From: an uncultured Candidatus Marinamargulisbacteria bacterium
GTDB taxonomy: Bacteria > Margulisbacteria > Marinamargulisbacteria > UBA817 > CACECR01
Direction: 5' to 3'
NCBI GenBank assembly: GCA_902558105.1
Contig: CACECR010000001.1
Span: 985 to 64,984 of the forward strand
DNA: 64,000 bases
Within the stretch, counting starts at the first letter, position 1. Each line of letters opens with the position of its first letter. The notes below the pieces were generated by a model. It was not told where the DNA came from. It worked only from the letters and a program-made list of their open reading frames with translations, and did no database searches. The position numbers and the translations under genes were made by a program. Below, one piece after another: positions 49,626 to 58,022 of the stretch.

Positions 49626-50234
49626 TTAGTTAATGATAATGTTTCTATTTTTAATGGTTATGTGGCCCTTAGCAAAGAGCTGAATAACATTAGAATATAC
49701 TATATGTTCTTGTTTTAAAATACGTTTACTAAGGGTTTCTTCTGTGTCACCTTCTTTTACATCTACACTTACTTGGCGAATAATTGCTCCACCATCTAAT
49801 GAACTATCCACAAAATGCACTGTACAGCCACTTAATTTTACCCCATATTCTAAGGCTTGTTTTTGTGCATTTAACCCTTTGAAAGATGGAAGTAGGGAGG
49901 GGTGTATATTAATGATTTTATTTGTAAAAGCGTTTAAAAGTGTGGGTCCAATGAGTTTCATATAACCAGCACACACAATAAGATCTATTGGATGATTGCT
50001 AAGTTTACTTAGAATAGCTTCTTCGTATTCTTCTGTATTTTTAAACTTTTTAGGTGAGAATGTATAGGTTGGAATATTGTAAGTTGACGCTATGTTTAAT
50101 CCGGCGGCATTAGGGTTGTTAGAAACGACGCATTCAATTTTTGCGTCCAGGCTTTTTGTCTCTATGTTTTTTAAAATGGCTTCAAAATTGGATCCACGAC
50201 CGGAAAGAAAAATAGCGATTTTGAGTTTGCTCAT
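49626..50234 (-). CDS. purN: Phosphoribosylglycinamide formyltransferase
   Basis: IAIFLSGRGSN start and NIHPSLLP formyltransferase motif. Confidence 0.85.
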   Translation of the reverse strand: MSKLKIAIFLSGRGSNFEAILKNIETKSLDAKIECVVSNNPNAAGLNIASTYNIPTYTFSPKKFKNTEEYEEAILSKLSNHPIDLIVCAGYMKLIGPTLLNAFTNKIINIHPSLLPSFKGLNAQKQALEYGVKLSGCTVHFVDSSLDGGAIIRQVSVDVKEGDTEETLSKRILKQEHIVYSNVIQLFAKGHITIKNRNIIIN

Positions 50235-51178
50235 TATGAGATATGTCCAATTTTTATTAAGTCTTCACATTCAGGAATATCTTCAGAAGAAATGACACAC
50301 ATTCCGATTCCCATGTTAAAGACTCTAAACATTTCATCTTTACTAATGTGACCTTCATTTTGAATGATAGTGAAAATGTTTGGACTTTTTATTTTGTCAA
50401 AATCAATTGAAAGAGACACTCCTTTTGGTAAAATTCGTTCAATATTTTCAATTAAACCACCGCCTGTAATATGAGCAATTCCGTTTATTTTATAGTTAGA
50501 AATTAAATCTTGAATTGTATTTACGTATATTCTTGTTGGGGTTAGTAAATCAGACGGTGTGAGTTGATATTTTTTGAGTACTTCATTGGTGAAAACCTTA
50601 CGAACTAATGAATATCCGTTACTATGAATTCCAGATGATGGGATTCCATAAACGGTGTCTCCTTTTCTGATGGACTGACCATCAATTATATTATCTTTTT
50701 CAACAACGCCAACAGCAAATCCAGCTAAATCAAAGTCGCCAGATTTGTACATATCTCCCATTTCTGCCATTTCACCGCCTGTTAGGGCGCAATTCGCTTG
50801 TTTGCAACCGTCTGTTATTCCTTTGATAATGGATTCCATTGTTTCTGGGATTAATGAATTACAAGCGATGTAATCTAAAAAGTAGAGTGGTTTAGCGCCG
50901 CAACAAATTAAATCATTTACTGACATTGCGACTAAATCTATACCTACTGTATCCACAATCCCTGAATCAATTGCAATTTTTAGCTTTGTACCCACACCGT
51001 CAGTACAAGATACTAAAATTGGTTTCTTATAGCCTTCCGGAATTTCATACATAGCGGCAAAGTGACCAATAGAGTTTAAAACATTATTATCATACGTGGA
51101 TTGAACATGTTTTTTTATAAGATCGACTGCTCTATTTCCTTCGTCAATATTAACCCCAGATTTTGCGTATTCAGACAT
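50234..51178 (-). CDS. purM: Phosphoribosylformylglycinamidine cyclo-ligase
   Basis: AIR synthase-related N- and C-domains (DGVGTK). Start overlaps the purN start region. Confidence 0.85.
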   Translation of the reverse strand: MSEYAKSGVNIDEGNRAVDLIKKHVQSTYDNNVLNSIGHFAAMYEIPEGYKKPILVSCTDGVGTKLKIAIDSGIVDTVGIDLVAMSVNDLICCGAKPLYFLDYIACNSLIPETMESIIKGITDGCKQANCALTGGEMAEMGDMYKSGDFDLAGFAVGVVEKDNIIDGQSIRKGDTVYGIPSSGIHSNGYSLVRKVFTNEVLKKYQLTPSDLLTPTRIYVNTIQDLISNYKINGIAHITGGGLIENIERILPKGVSLSIDFDKIKSPNIFTIIQNEGHISKDEMFRVFNMGIGMCVISSEDIPECEDLIKIGHIS

Positions 51179-51241
51179 TTAATTCCTTAAGTTTATAATG
51201 TTTAAGATTATTTTCTCTTAATATACCGTGTCTGACAATAG

Positions 51242-51673
51242 CTAGTTATCACTTGCTTTGTTGCGTTGCTGGTCTAAGTAGCCTTGTAATATAAATGCAG
51301 CGGCTTGGCTATCAATGATTGTTTTTCTTTTTTTCCTAGAAACATTAGCTTCAATAAGGTGACGTTCAACGGCCATGCTAGATAATCGTTCATCCCAAAA
51401 TTTAACAGGTAACTGGCAGGTGTCTTCTAATTCTTTGGCAAAGCTTCTAACCTTTTTACTTGACTCAGATTCACTTCCATTAAGATGGAGTGGGAGTCCC
51501 AAAATAATAATTGAAACATTATTTTCATTACAAAACTTGTGTATCTCTGAAATGGAGTGACTGGTATTGGGTATAAATGGAAATGCTTGAGATGTGTATC
51601 CTAGAGGATCCGATAGTGCTATACCAATTCTTTTTTCTCCATAATCAATACCTAGAGATCTCTTTTGTATCAT
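51242..51673 (-). CDS. ruvX: Putative pre-16S rRNA nuclease / Holliday junction resolvase-like YqgF
   Basis: LGIDYGEKRIGIALSD start and RNase H-like fold. 143 aa. Confidence 0.8.
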   Translation of the reverse strand: MIQKRSLGIDYGEKRIGIALSDPLGYTSQAFPFIPNTSHSISEIHKFCNENNVSIIILGLPLHLNGSESESSKKVRSFAKELEDTCQLPVKFWDERLSSMAVERHLIEANVSRKKRKTIIDSQAAAFILQGYLDQQRNKASDN

Positions 51674-51855
51674 TTGTTTTTTCTTAAAAAGAAACGTCCG
51701 ATGGCTGCAATGTTTTTCAATTGTTCTAAGTTGTTGATGCCCGTTTGAATTTTTTTAAGAAGTAAGAAACAAAATAAGAAAACAATACTTCCTAAACTAA
51801 AAAATATGATTTTTAGAGTGACTAGTATTGAATCAACTGTAATAACAAACTCCAT
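51670..51855 (-). CDS. Hypothetical small membrane protein
   Basis: 61 aa with one TM helix. Overlaps both neighbours by 4 nt, suggesting coupling. Confidence 0.3.
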   Translation of the reverse strand: MEFVITVDSILVTLKIIFFSLGSIVFLFCFLLLKKIQTGINNLEQLKNIAAIGRFFLRKNK

Positions 51856-52136
51856 TATGACTGACGCTCTTTTATACTTTCTTGAATTGAGCTGTTACTT
51901 TTTTCAATAATTTGTGAGAGTTTGTCGAACCCTTGTTCAATAGAATCTTTCGTGCGTTCAATGAGATGCTCAGTTTTGTCTTTTGTGTCGTCAAGAATAT
52001 CTTGATTATCATCTTTAAGATCTTTAATTTTATTTAATGTTTCTTCTCCGGATTGGGGAGCAAAAAGCAACCCTAGTATGATTCCGATTACAGAACCTGT
52101 TAAAAATCCTTCAAAAAAATTGCTTTGTTTTGACAT
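51855..52136 (-). CDS. YtxH/DUF948-like small stress protein
   Basis: N-terminal TM GFLTGSVIGIILGLLFAPQSG followed by a charged helical region. Confidence 0.5.
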   Translation of the reverse strand: MSKQSNFFEGFLTGSVIGIILGLLFAPQSGEETLNKIKDLKDDNQDILDDTKDKTEHLIERTKDSIEQGFDKLSQIIEKSNSSIQESIKERQS

Positions 52137-52313
52137 GCTTATCCTTATATATTGCTAGTATTTTTATATTACTGAAGTAAGATTATTATAGCGAGTTAAT
52201 TTTTTATCAGCAATGTCAATCCCGGTTTTTTTATGTGCTACCCTTAAAATTACTTGTTTTTTTACTTTTTTAACTTTTATAATTAGACCTAAGTGATTGA
52301 TTGGGAGAATATT

Positions 52314-54818
52314 ATGTATGGTTTAAGTAGCACTTCTGGTTTAAAAACCAATACTAATTTTGGTTCAAGAAACCTTTTTGAAAATGAATTGTTTCCAGAG
52401 CTATCTGTTAGAAGAGGTTACTTTGTCATTTCACAAGTTGATTTTAAACTTATTGTTAAGTCTCTGATATCTAAAATAAATGTTAACGGTGATTCTGGAA
52501 AGCTATTTCACAATGAACTCAAAAATGCTATCTCAAAATGGGTTGAAAATAGTGATAAGTTAAAAATGAGAAATAATTTCACTTATCAATCTAAAATTAA
52601 TGTTGCACAGTATAGAGAGTCAGAAATGATTCATTCACTAGTTGATTTGTATATGAATAAGTTGATTAACGTAAATCATGGCTTTGCAACATCTCGAATC
52701 AGAAATGCACAAGTGGATCACTCAAGTGGTAGTTTTTTAAGCACTTTTTCTAAAACTATATTAACTATGATGTTGCTGGCCATGGTGAACCCTAGCGTTG
52801 CGAATGGGGTAAGTGCGGTTAGACGTTCAATCAGTGAATGTGCTGGTGTTTCCGATGTTGTGGAATCTGAATTAGCACGAAGTCAGTGTCAGGATGATTT
52901 ATTAAGTGATTTATGCGAAGTTGTGAGTAGCCAGGTAAGTAATTTGCAAACATTTGTTAGAAATGGCTATAATAGTTTTCATTCTATTACATCTTTTCCA
53001 CGACGGGGTCGTGATGCTGAAGATTACAGGTATTCGGGTAGAAACCTAACACATGCCAACACTATTATTCAGTCAATATCAGTCCGTGGTAATTGTGTTC
53101 AAGATATAGGCTCTTTGGATTCTCCAAACTCGATACTTGGCAATCTTAATCGTGTAAGATCTTATATGAGTCATGTGGATAATCTTTGTAATTCAGATAG
53201 TTGGTGTGATTCAATATGGACCTGGGGATTAAGTTTAAGGATGTCATCAATACAGTCTCCGATAAATGCCATAGAGGCAGCTCAAACTCAGTATCAATCA
53301 GATAGTCGAGCACTTGATCAATTACCACTTGCAACAACCTCTACCCCTACAACACTAACAACACTAACAACATTAACCAGTTTTTCTAGTACTTTAGTAT
53401 CATCAACGAGTTTAAGACCAGCAACCTTAAGCTCTACAACGTCGACTCCTATAACGTCAAGCTCGACGAGTTTATCACCCACTATTGTTGTTGCAACTAC
53501 CGCTGCCCCCGCCTCACAGCCAAGTTCTAGTCCAAACGTTTCCCCAACAGATGAGACCTCAACTACCACATCAAAAAGTACAATGGTAAGTACTTTTACG
53601 ATTCCTCCAACTCGACTATCAGAATCAATGGCGTCTGCAACGTCAACTACAAGTTCACCGACAACTCACAGTAATTTTGTGGTTACAACTACGCTTCCAC
53701 CAGAGTTAACCACTGCATTTTCTTTAATTACATCAAGCTCATTAGCTACGTTCCCTCCCACAGTTTATACTACTACTAGTTCTGTAACTGTTAATGGTAT
53801 TCAAGTTCCTTCTTCAACAACTATAAATGTGACTCCTTCAACTACAACAACAATTGTTAATTTCACTACGCCAGATGGTGAAACTCACACCTATAAATCT
53901 TCTTCACCGACAAGCTCTTTTAGTAGATCTTTTCCTACGATCTCATCTGAACTTGTAGATCCGAATCAAAATGTGTCTCGAGTTGATTCAGATCCTCAAG
54001 GATCTAGTACAGATTCTCAAGCTAGCTCAGAGTCTTTTCCTTGGCGTATTTTAGGTTATGTTATATCTGCTGTTATTGGATTGTTCGGTCTCGTTGCATT
54101 AATAAGGTATATATTAAGAATTCAAACAAGTGAACGATTACCTCGGACTCCGGATCAGCATATAAATCCATTGTTTAACCCTAGAAATGGTGTGATTTCA
54201 GGTGAGAATCCTGCATATGATGGTGGACCAGTTTATGATGAAATTCAAGATTTTCCTACAAATACAAACTCTACGCCTAGTCACGATTATGTTGAGCCAG
54301 TAGCAATGAATCAATCTGGGTATTCGGATGTGTTAGAGCTGGATAATAGAGGTGCTGCAGGCATTTCTGGATATGATTCGGCAATAAGTACGCTTAATGA
54401 GGGTTTGTCCATAGAATATGATATGGCCTCTGCGGAAGTAATCCCTGTGAGTCAAGGTGCTTATGACAGCTCATTGGCGGTTAGGGCTCGCCAGAATGAA
54501 TTAAGTCCTAATCATGGTTCTCATTTAAGTGGAATAGCAGAGTATGCTTATATGGAAAGTGTCTCGAGAACGGATCCAATGTATTGTAGAGCTGGTGCTG
54601 GGCAAGAAGGTCCTTTTTATCATATGGCCGGTTTTGGCGGGGATGGAGTGATTACTCAGACTAGCCCACCGTATGATAACATGATAGGGAATGCTGTTGG
54701 ATCTGGGGAATATTTACGTGTTGAGGCATCCTCAGGTACTAATCATAGATATGATAATGTTAGTCAAAATATGGAACATTTAAATGGGTCTGAACGAGTA
54801 GGGGATCATAATGTTTAA
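52314..54818 (+). CDS. Large mucin-like single-pass membrane protein (globular N-domain, Ser/Thr/Pro-rich stalk, TM helix, C-terminal tail)
   Basis: ATG at 52314 preceded by GGGAGA; the listed ORF starts at 52293. Residues ~340-580 are about 60% S/T/P with TTLTTLTTLT repeats. Single TM WRILGYVISAVIGLFGLVALI, then a 230-aa tail with NPAY and YDEI motifs. No N-terminal signal peptide. Confidence 0.6.
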   Translation: MYGLSSTSGLKTNTNFGSRNLFENELFPELSVRRGYFVISQVDFKLIVKSLISKINVNGDSGKLFHNELKNAISKWVENSDKLKMRNNFTYQSKINVAQYRESEMIHSLVDLYMNKLINVNHGFATSRIRNAQVDHSSGSFLSTFSKTILTMMLLAMVNPSVANGVSAVRRSISECAGVSDVVESELARSQCQDDLLSDLCEVVSSQVSNLQTFVRNGYNSFHSITSFPRRGRDAEDYRYSGRNLTHANTIIQSISVRGNCVQDIGSLDSPNSILGNLNRVRSYMSHVDNLCNSDSWCDSIWTWGLSLRMSSIQSPINAIEAAQTQYQSDSRALDQLPLATTSTPTTLTTLTTLTSFSSTLVSSTSLRPATLSSTTSTPITSSSTSLSPTIVVATTAAPASQPSSSPNVSPTDETSTTTSKSTMVSTFTIPPTRLSESMASATSTTSSPTTHSNFVVTTTLPPELTTAFSLITSSSLATFPPTVYTTTSSVTVNGIQVPSSTTINVTPSTTTTIVNFTTPDGETHTYKSSSPTSSFSRSFPTISSELVDPNQNVSRVDSDPQGSSTDSQASSESFPWRILGYVISAVIGLFGLVALIRYILRIQTSERLPRTPDQHINPLFNPRNGVISGENPAYDGGPVYDEIQDFPTNTNSTPSHDYVEPVAMNQSGYSDVLELDNRGAAGISGYDSAISTLNEGLSIEYDMASAEVIPVSQGAYDSSLAVRARQNELSPNHGSHLSGIAEYAYMESVSRTDPMYCRAGAGQEGPFYHMAGFGGDGVITQTSPPYDNMIGNAVGSGEYLRVEASSGTNHRYDNVSQNMEHLNGSERVGDHNV

Positions 54819-54862
54819 AATTTTGAATTATTCTTATTTAGTAAAATTGATTTTTTTTAATA

Positions 54863-54894
54863 CTTGTTTTTCTTGTTTTTCTTGTTTTTCTTTT
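54863..54894. repeat. 9-bp tandem repeat (CTTGTTTTT)x3.5 in the promoter region of the downstream lipoprotein gene
   Basis: Three perfect copies at 54863-54889 plus a partial copy, directly upstream of TATAAT (54904-54909), GGAGG and the ATG at 54935. Confidence 0.8.
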
Positions 54895-54934
54895 AAAGTT
54901 GTGTATAATAAATTTAATTTGATGGAGGCTTATA

Positions 54935-56356
54935 ATGTTTAAATATTTAAAACTAAGTATAATATTCTTTGGCATTTTTTTACTTAATGCATGTAGTGAC
55001 TCATCTGGGACAACCGTATCCCGTGATTTAGATAATCCTGCGTTCAATTTAACTGCGCCCAATTTTAATGGAAATAGTTCGGCATCTGCTCCAACGTTAT
55101 CTGATGTTGAAACCTTTGTTGTTGAAGGAACTATTGTCTCCAATATTGTCAGCGATGCAGACTCAAGACATTATGTTATGTCTAAAAATGGTAATTCTTT
55201 AGTGATCAATGTTATATGTGATGAGTCTAATACAAATTGCTCGAATAATGAGCAATTTTCAATAGTATTAGATACGGATCACTACATTAATTTATTAATT
55301 GATTCAAATCGTACTTTATATTTTTCTGTTGATGATAATCTATATGCGTTTCCAACTTCGGTAGTAAATGAACCTGGCGGACTGATAAATTTAGAAATCG
55401 AGATGGATTCACGGTTTGTTCCAATATTAGATAATCGTGGACACATCATATTATTTAAATCAAGTGATTATTTGTTTTCTATCTACAATATATTAGATGT
55501 AAATGAAGGTGAAACAAGTTTGGAATTGTTGCATGAACATACTGAAAGTCTTACGTTATTTCCAGTACCTCCAATAATTGTTGATGATAAATTGTATGTC
55601 CACTCCGATGATGCTGTTCTTCAATATGACTTATTAAATTCATATAATGTGTCATCAAGTTCTACTGAACTTCAATTAGGAGATGTTCCTGTTCGAGTTT
55701 TTTATGATGAGCCAAACAGTTTGCTAGTATATGAATATGCTACTATTTCTGTTATAGATTCAGTAGATACATTTATAAAAACTGGATTAAGACTTTTTAC
55801 ATTGGAAACGGCTGATTTCCATAGTTTATTTAGTTATACTGAAGCCAATCGTTTGAAGTCACTGTTAGGTATTGATAAAAACGGGAATTACAAATTTGTA
55901 TATGAAGATCGTCCACGTAGGTCAATTGATATTAAAGAATATGGTATTGTAAATAATCAAATTGAATCACTTAATGTGCGAGCGGTTTCTTTATGTAGAG
56001 ATGGTCTATCTCCGTTCTTTAATCCTGATGAATGCAGTGATACATTATCAACCTCACCTCTTTATAAATTATCTGTTGCCTTTTTTGATGGTGATAATTC
56101 AATTCTTTTTGGAGCTTGGGTTGATTCCCATATTAAATTACGTAAGTCAGGTTCAAATGGTAATGCTGTTACTACAGGTACCTTACAAACGGATACATTA
56201 CAGATAACTGATAGTATGAGCGATTTTTTAAATGATGTATTGTTTGATTCAGATGATAGTAAATTTACAATCGGATATCATACATTTGATCGACCGGCTG
56301 TTGTTAATGGTGCGGTTATTATCACTTCTTCAAATAAAGTATTTATTGTAAGATAA
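54935..56356 (+). CDS. Hypothetical lipoprotein (473 aa)
   Basis: Signal peptide with lipobox LLNAC, beta-rich repeats, no recognisable domain. GGAGG SD. Confidence 0.55.
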   Translation: MFKYLKLSIIFFGIFLLNACSDSSGTTVSRDLDNPAFNLTAPNFNGNSSASAPTLSDVETFVVEGTIVSNIVSDADSRHYVMSKNGNSLVINVICDESNTNCSNNEQFSIVLDTDHYINLLIDSNRTLYFSVDDNLYAFPTSVVNEPGGLINLEIEMDSRFVPILDNRGHIILFKSSDYLFSIYNILDVNEGETSLELLHEHTESLTLFPVPPIIVDDKLYVHSDDAVLQYDLLNSYNVSSSSTELQLGDVPVRVFYDEPNSLLVYEYATISVIDSVDTFIKTGLRLFTLETADFHSLFSYTEANRLKSLLGIDKNGNYKFVYEDRPRRSIDIKEYGIVNNQIESLNVRAVSLCRDGLSPFFNPDECSDTLSTSPLYKLSVAFFDGDNSILFGAWVDSHIKLRKSGSNGNAVTTGTLQTDTLQITDSMSDFLNDVLFDSDDSKFTIGYHTFDRPAVVNGAVIITSSNKVFIVR

Positions 56357-56409
56357 GTTTTATCCCCGTAATTCCTATAGGGATTGCGGGAAATTTTTCT
56401 ATTTGATAT

Positions 56410-56423
56410 AATTAAGCTTAATT
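56410..56423. promoter_or_regulatory. Perfect 14-bp palindrome AATTAAGCTTAATT upstream of the Rrf2 regulator gene (candidate operator)
   Basis: The palindrome is seen directly in the sequence, about 24 bp upstream of the Rrf2 ATG. Confidence 0.4.
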
Positions 56424-56446
56424 GTAATACAATACTTGTCTTAACT

Positions 56447-56854
56447 ATGTTAAATGTATCTCTTAAATCCCACTATGCCCTTTTAGCTTTATCTTATTTG
56501 GCTCAACTTAAAAATGCGAATCTTGTGCAATTGTCAGATATTGCGACTGCACACGATATTCCTACAAAGTACTTAGAACAGGTTCTGTCTGTCTTGAGGC
56601 AGGGTGGCTTTATCCAAAGTTTGAGAGGTGCCAAAGGTGGTTATCAATTATTAAAAGATCCTACAGAGATTATTGTTCGTGACGTTTTTGAGACTGTTTT
56701 AGGTGATACCCAGATAGAGTCGAAAATTAAGGATAGTGTTCTTGAGCCCTTTTGGATTCAGTTGATTGCTGATTCATCTCAACTTTTAAATTATTCTTTA
56801 GATGAATTTATGATAAAGTGGTATTCATCCAATAGGTTAAGCTATACGATCTGA
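56447..56854 (+). CDS. Rrf2 family transcriptional regulator (IscR/CymR-like)
   Basis: MLNVSLKSHYALLALSYLAQ Rrf2 HTH start. The listed ORF begins at an upstream ATG (56384). First gene of the sulfur cluster. Confidence 0.75.
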   Translation: MLNVSLKSHYALLALSYLAQLKNANLVQLSDIATAHDIPTKYLEQVLSVLRQGGFIQSLRGAKGGYQLLKDPTEIIVRDVFETVLGDTQIESKIKDSVLEPFWIQLIADSSQLLNYSLDEFMIKWYSSNRLSYTI

Positions 56855-56862
56855 AGGAGTAG

Positions 56863-57786
56863 ATGATGAAAATTGCAAAAAATTTAACTGAATTAATTGG
56901 TTCAACCCCTTTATTATCGTTAACTACTCTTAATGACGAGTTTGGTGTTGATATTATAGGTAAATGTGAATTTATGAATCCGACAGGTTCTGTAAAAGAT
57001 AGAGCAGCTTTTAATATGATTCAGATGGCTGAACAAGAAGGCCGTATCAATAAAGATACGGTGATTATTGAACCTACAAGTGGAAATACAGGGATTTCTT
57101 TGGCTACTATTTGTTCGTTGAAAGGTTATCGCTTAATTATTACGATGCCTGAATCTATGAGTTTAGAACGTCGTAATATGTTGAAAGCTTTGGGAGCGGA
57201 ACTTGAACTGACTCCGGCTCATCTGCAAATGGATGGGGCCATTTCTCGTGCGGAAGCTTTATCTAAAACATTTCCTAATAGCTTTATTCCACAACAATTT
57301 AACAATGCGGCAAACCCTAAAATTCATTTTGAAACGACTGGTCCCGAAATTTGGGAAGATACTGATGGTGAAATAGATGTGTTTGTTGCGGCTGTTGGTA
57401 CTGGAGGAACATTGTCTGGAGTTGGGTCGTATTTAAAAAATCAGTCTAAGGATGTTGAAATTATTGCTGTTGAACCTAAGGACTCGGCGGTATTGTCAGG
57501 TAACCCAGCAGGTCCTCATATGATACAGGGTATTGGTGCTGGATTTGTTCCAGAAAACTTAGATCGTTCGGTTATTGACCGTATTCTAACCGTTTCAAAT
57601 GAAGACGCGATGGCTGCATCCAAACGACTGGCTAAAGATGAAGGTGTTTTTGTCGGAATATCGGCGGGTGCTAATGTTGCCGCATGTATTCAATTAGCCA
57701 AAATGCCAGAGTATAAAGGTAAGAAAATTGTCACCATTTTATGTGATATTGGTGATCGCTATTTAAGTACTGTATTGTTTAAGTAA
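56863..57786 (+). CDS. cysK: Cysteine synthase (O-acetylserine sulfhydrylase family)
   Basis: PLP-Lys motif GSVKDRAAFNMI, Gly-rich loop GTGGTLSG. 307 aa. GAAGGAG SD. Confidence 0.85.
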   Translation: MMKIAKNLTELIGSTPLLSLTTLNDEFGVDIIGKCEFMNPTGSVKDRAAFNMIQMAEQEGRINKDTVIIEPTSGNTGISLATICSLKGYRLIITMPESMSLERRNMLKALGAELELTPAHLQMDGAISRAEALSKTFPNSFIPQQFNNAANPKIHFETTGPEIWEDTDGEIDVFVAAVGTGGTLSGVGSYLKNQSKDVEIIAVEPKDSAVLSGNPAGPHMIQGIGAGFVPENLDRSVIDRILTVSNEDAMAASKRLAKDEGVFVGISAGANVAACIQLAKMPEYKGKKIVTILCDIGDRYLSTVLFK

Positions 57787-57800
57787 TTTAGGAGAGTATT

Positions 57801-58013
57801 ATGAAATTGAAAATCAATGGTAAAGAATCTGAACTAACAGAATCTTCTGTTTCTGTAATTAAATTATTAGAAATACAAAAGGTTGATATGCCAGATATGG
57901 TAACCGTCGAACTTAATGGTGATATTTTAGATCGTGAGCAGTTTGAGTCTACCACTGTAAAAGATGGCGATGAGCTTGAATTCTTATATTTTATGGGTGG
58001 TGGAGCTCAGTAG
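57801..58013 (+). CDS. ThiS/MoaD-family sulfur carrier protein with C-terminal GG followed by a 2-residue extension (AQ)
   Basis: 70 aa with beta-grasp pattern (KINGKE...VELNGDIL...DGDELEFLYFMGGGAQ). AGGAGAG SD. Confidence 0.75.
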   Translation: MKLKINGKESELTESSVSVIKLLEIQKVDMPDMVTVELNGDILDREQFESTTVKDGDELEFLYFMGGGAQ

Positions 58014-58022
58014 GGAGTTATT

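Noticed and set aside
52293-54818. Possibility that the mucin-like gene is eukaryotic contamination or a chimeric assembly
   Set aside because: The gene is flanked by bacterial genes (YtxH-like, lipoprotein, Rrf2-cysK) with no gaps. It has a bacterial SD (GGGAGA) and the same AT-rich codon usage. A chimera is unlikely.
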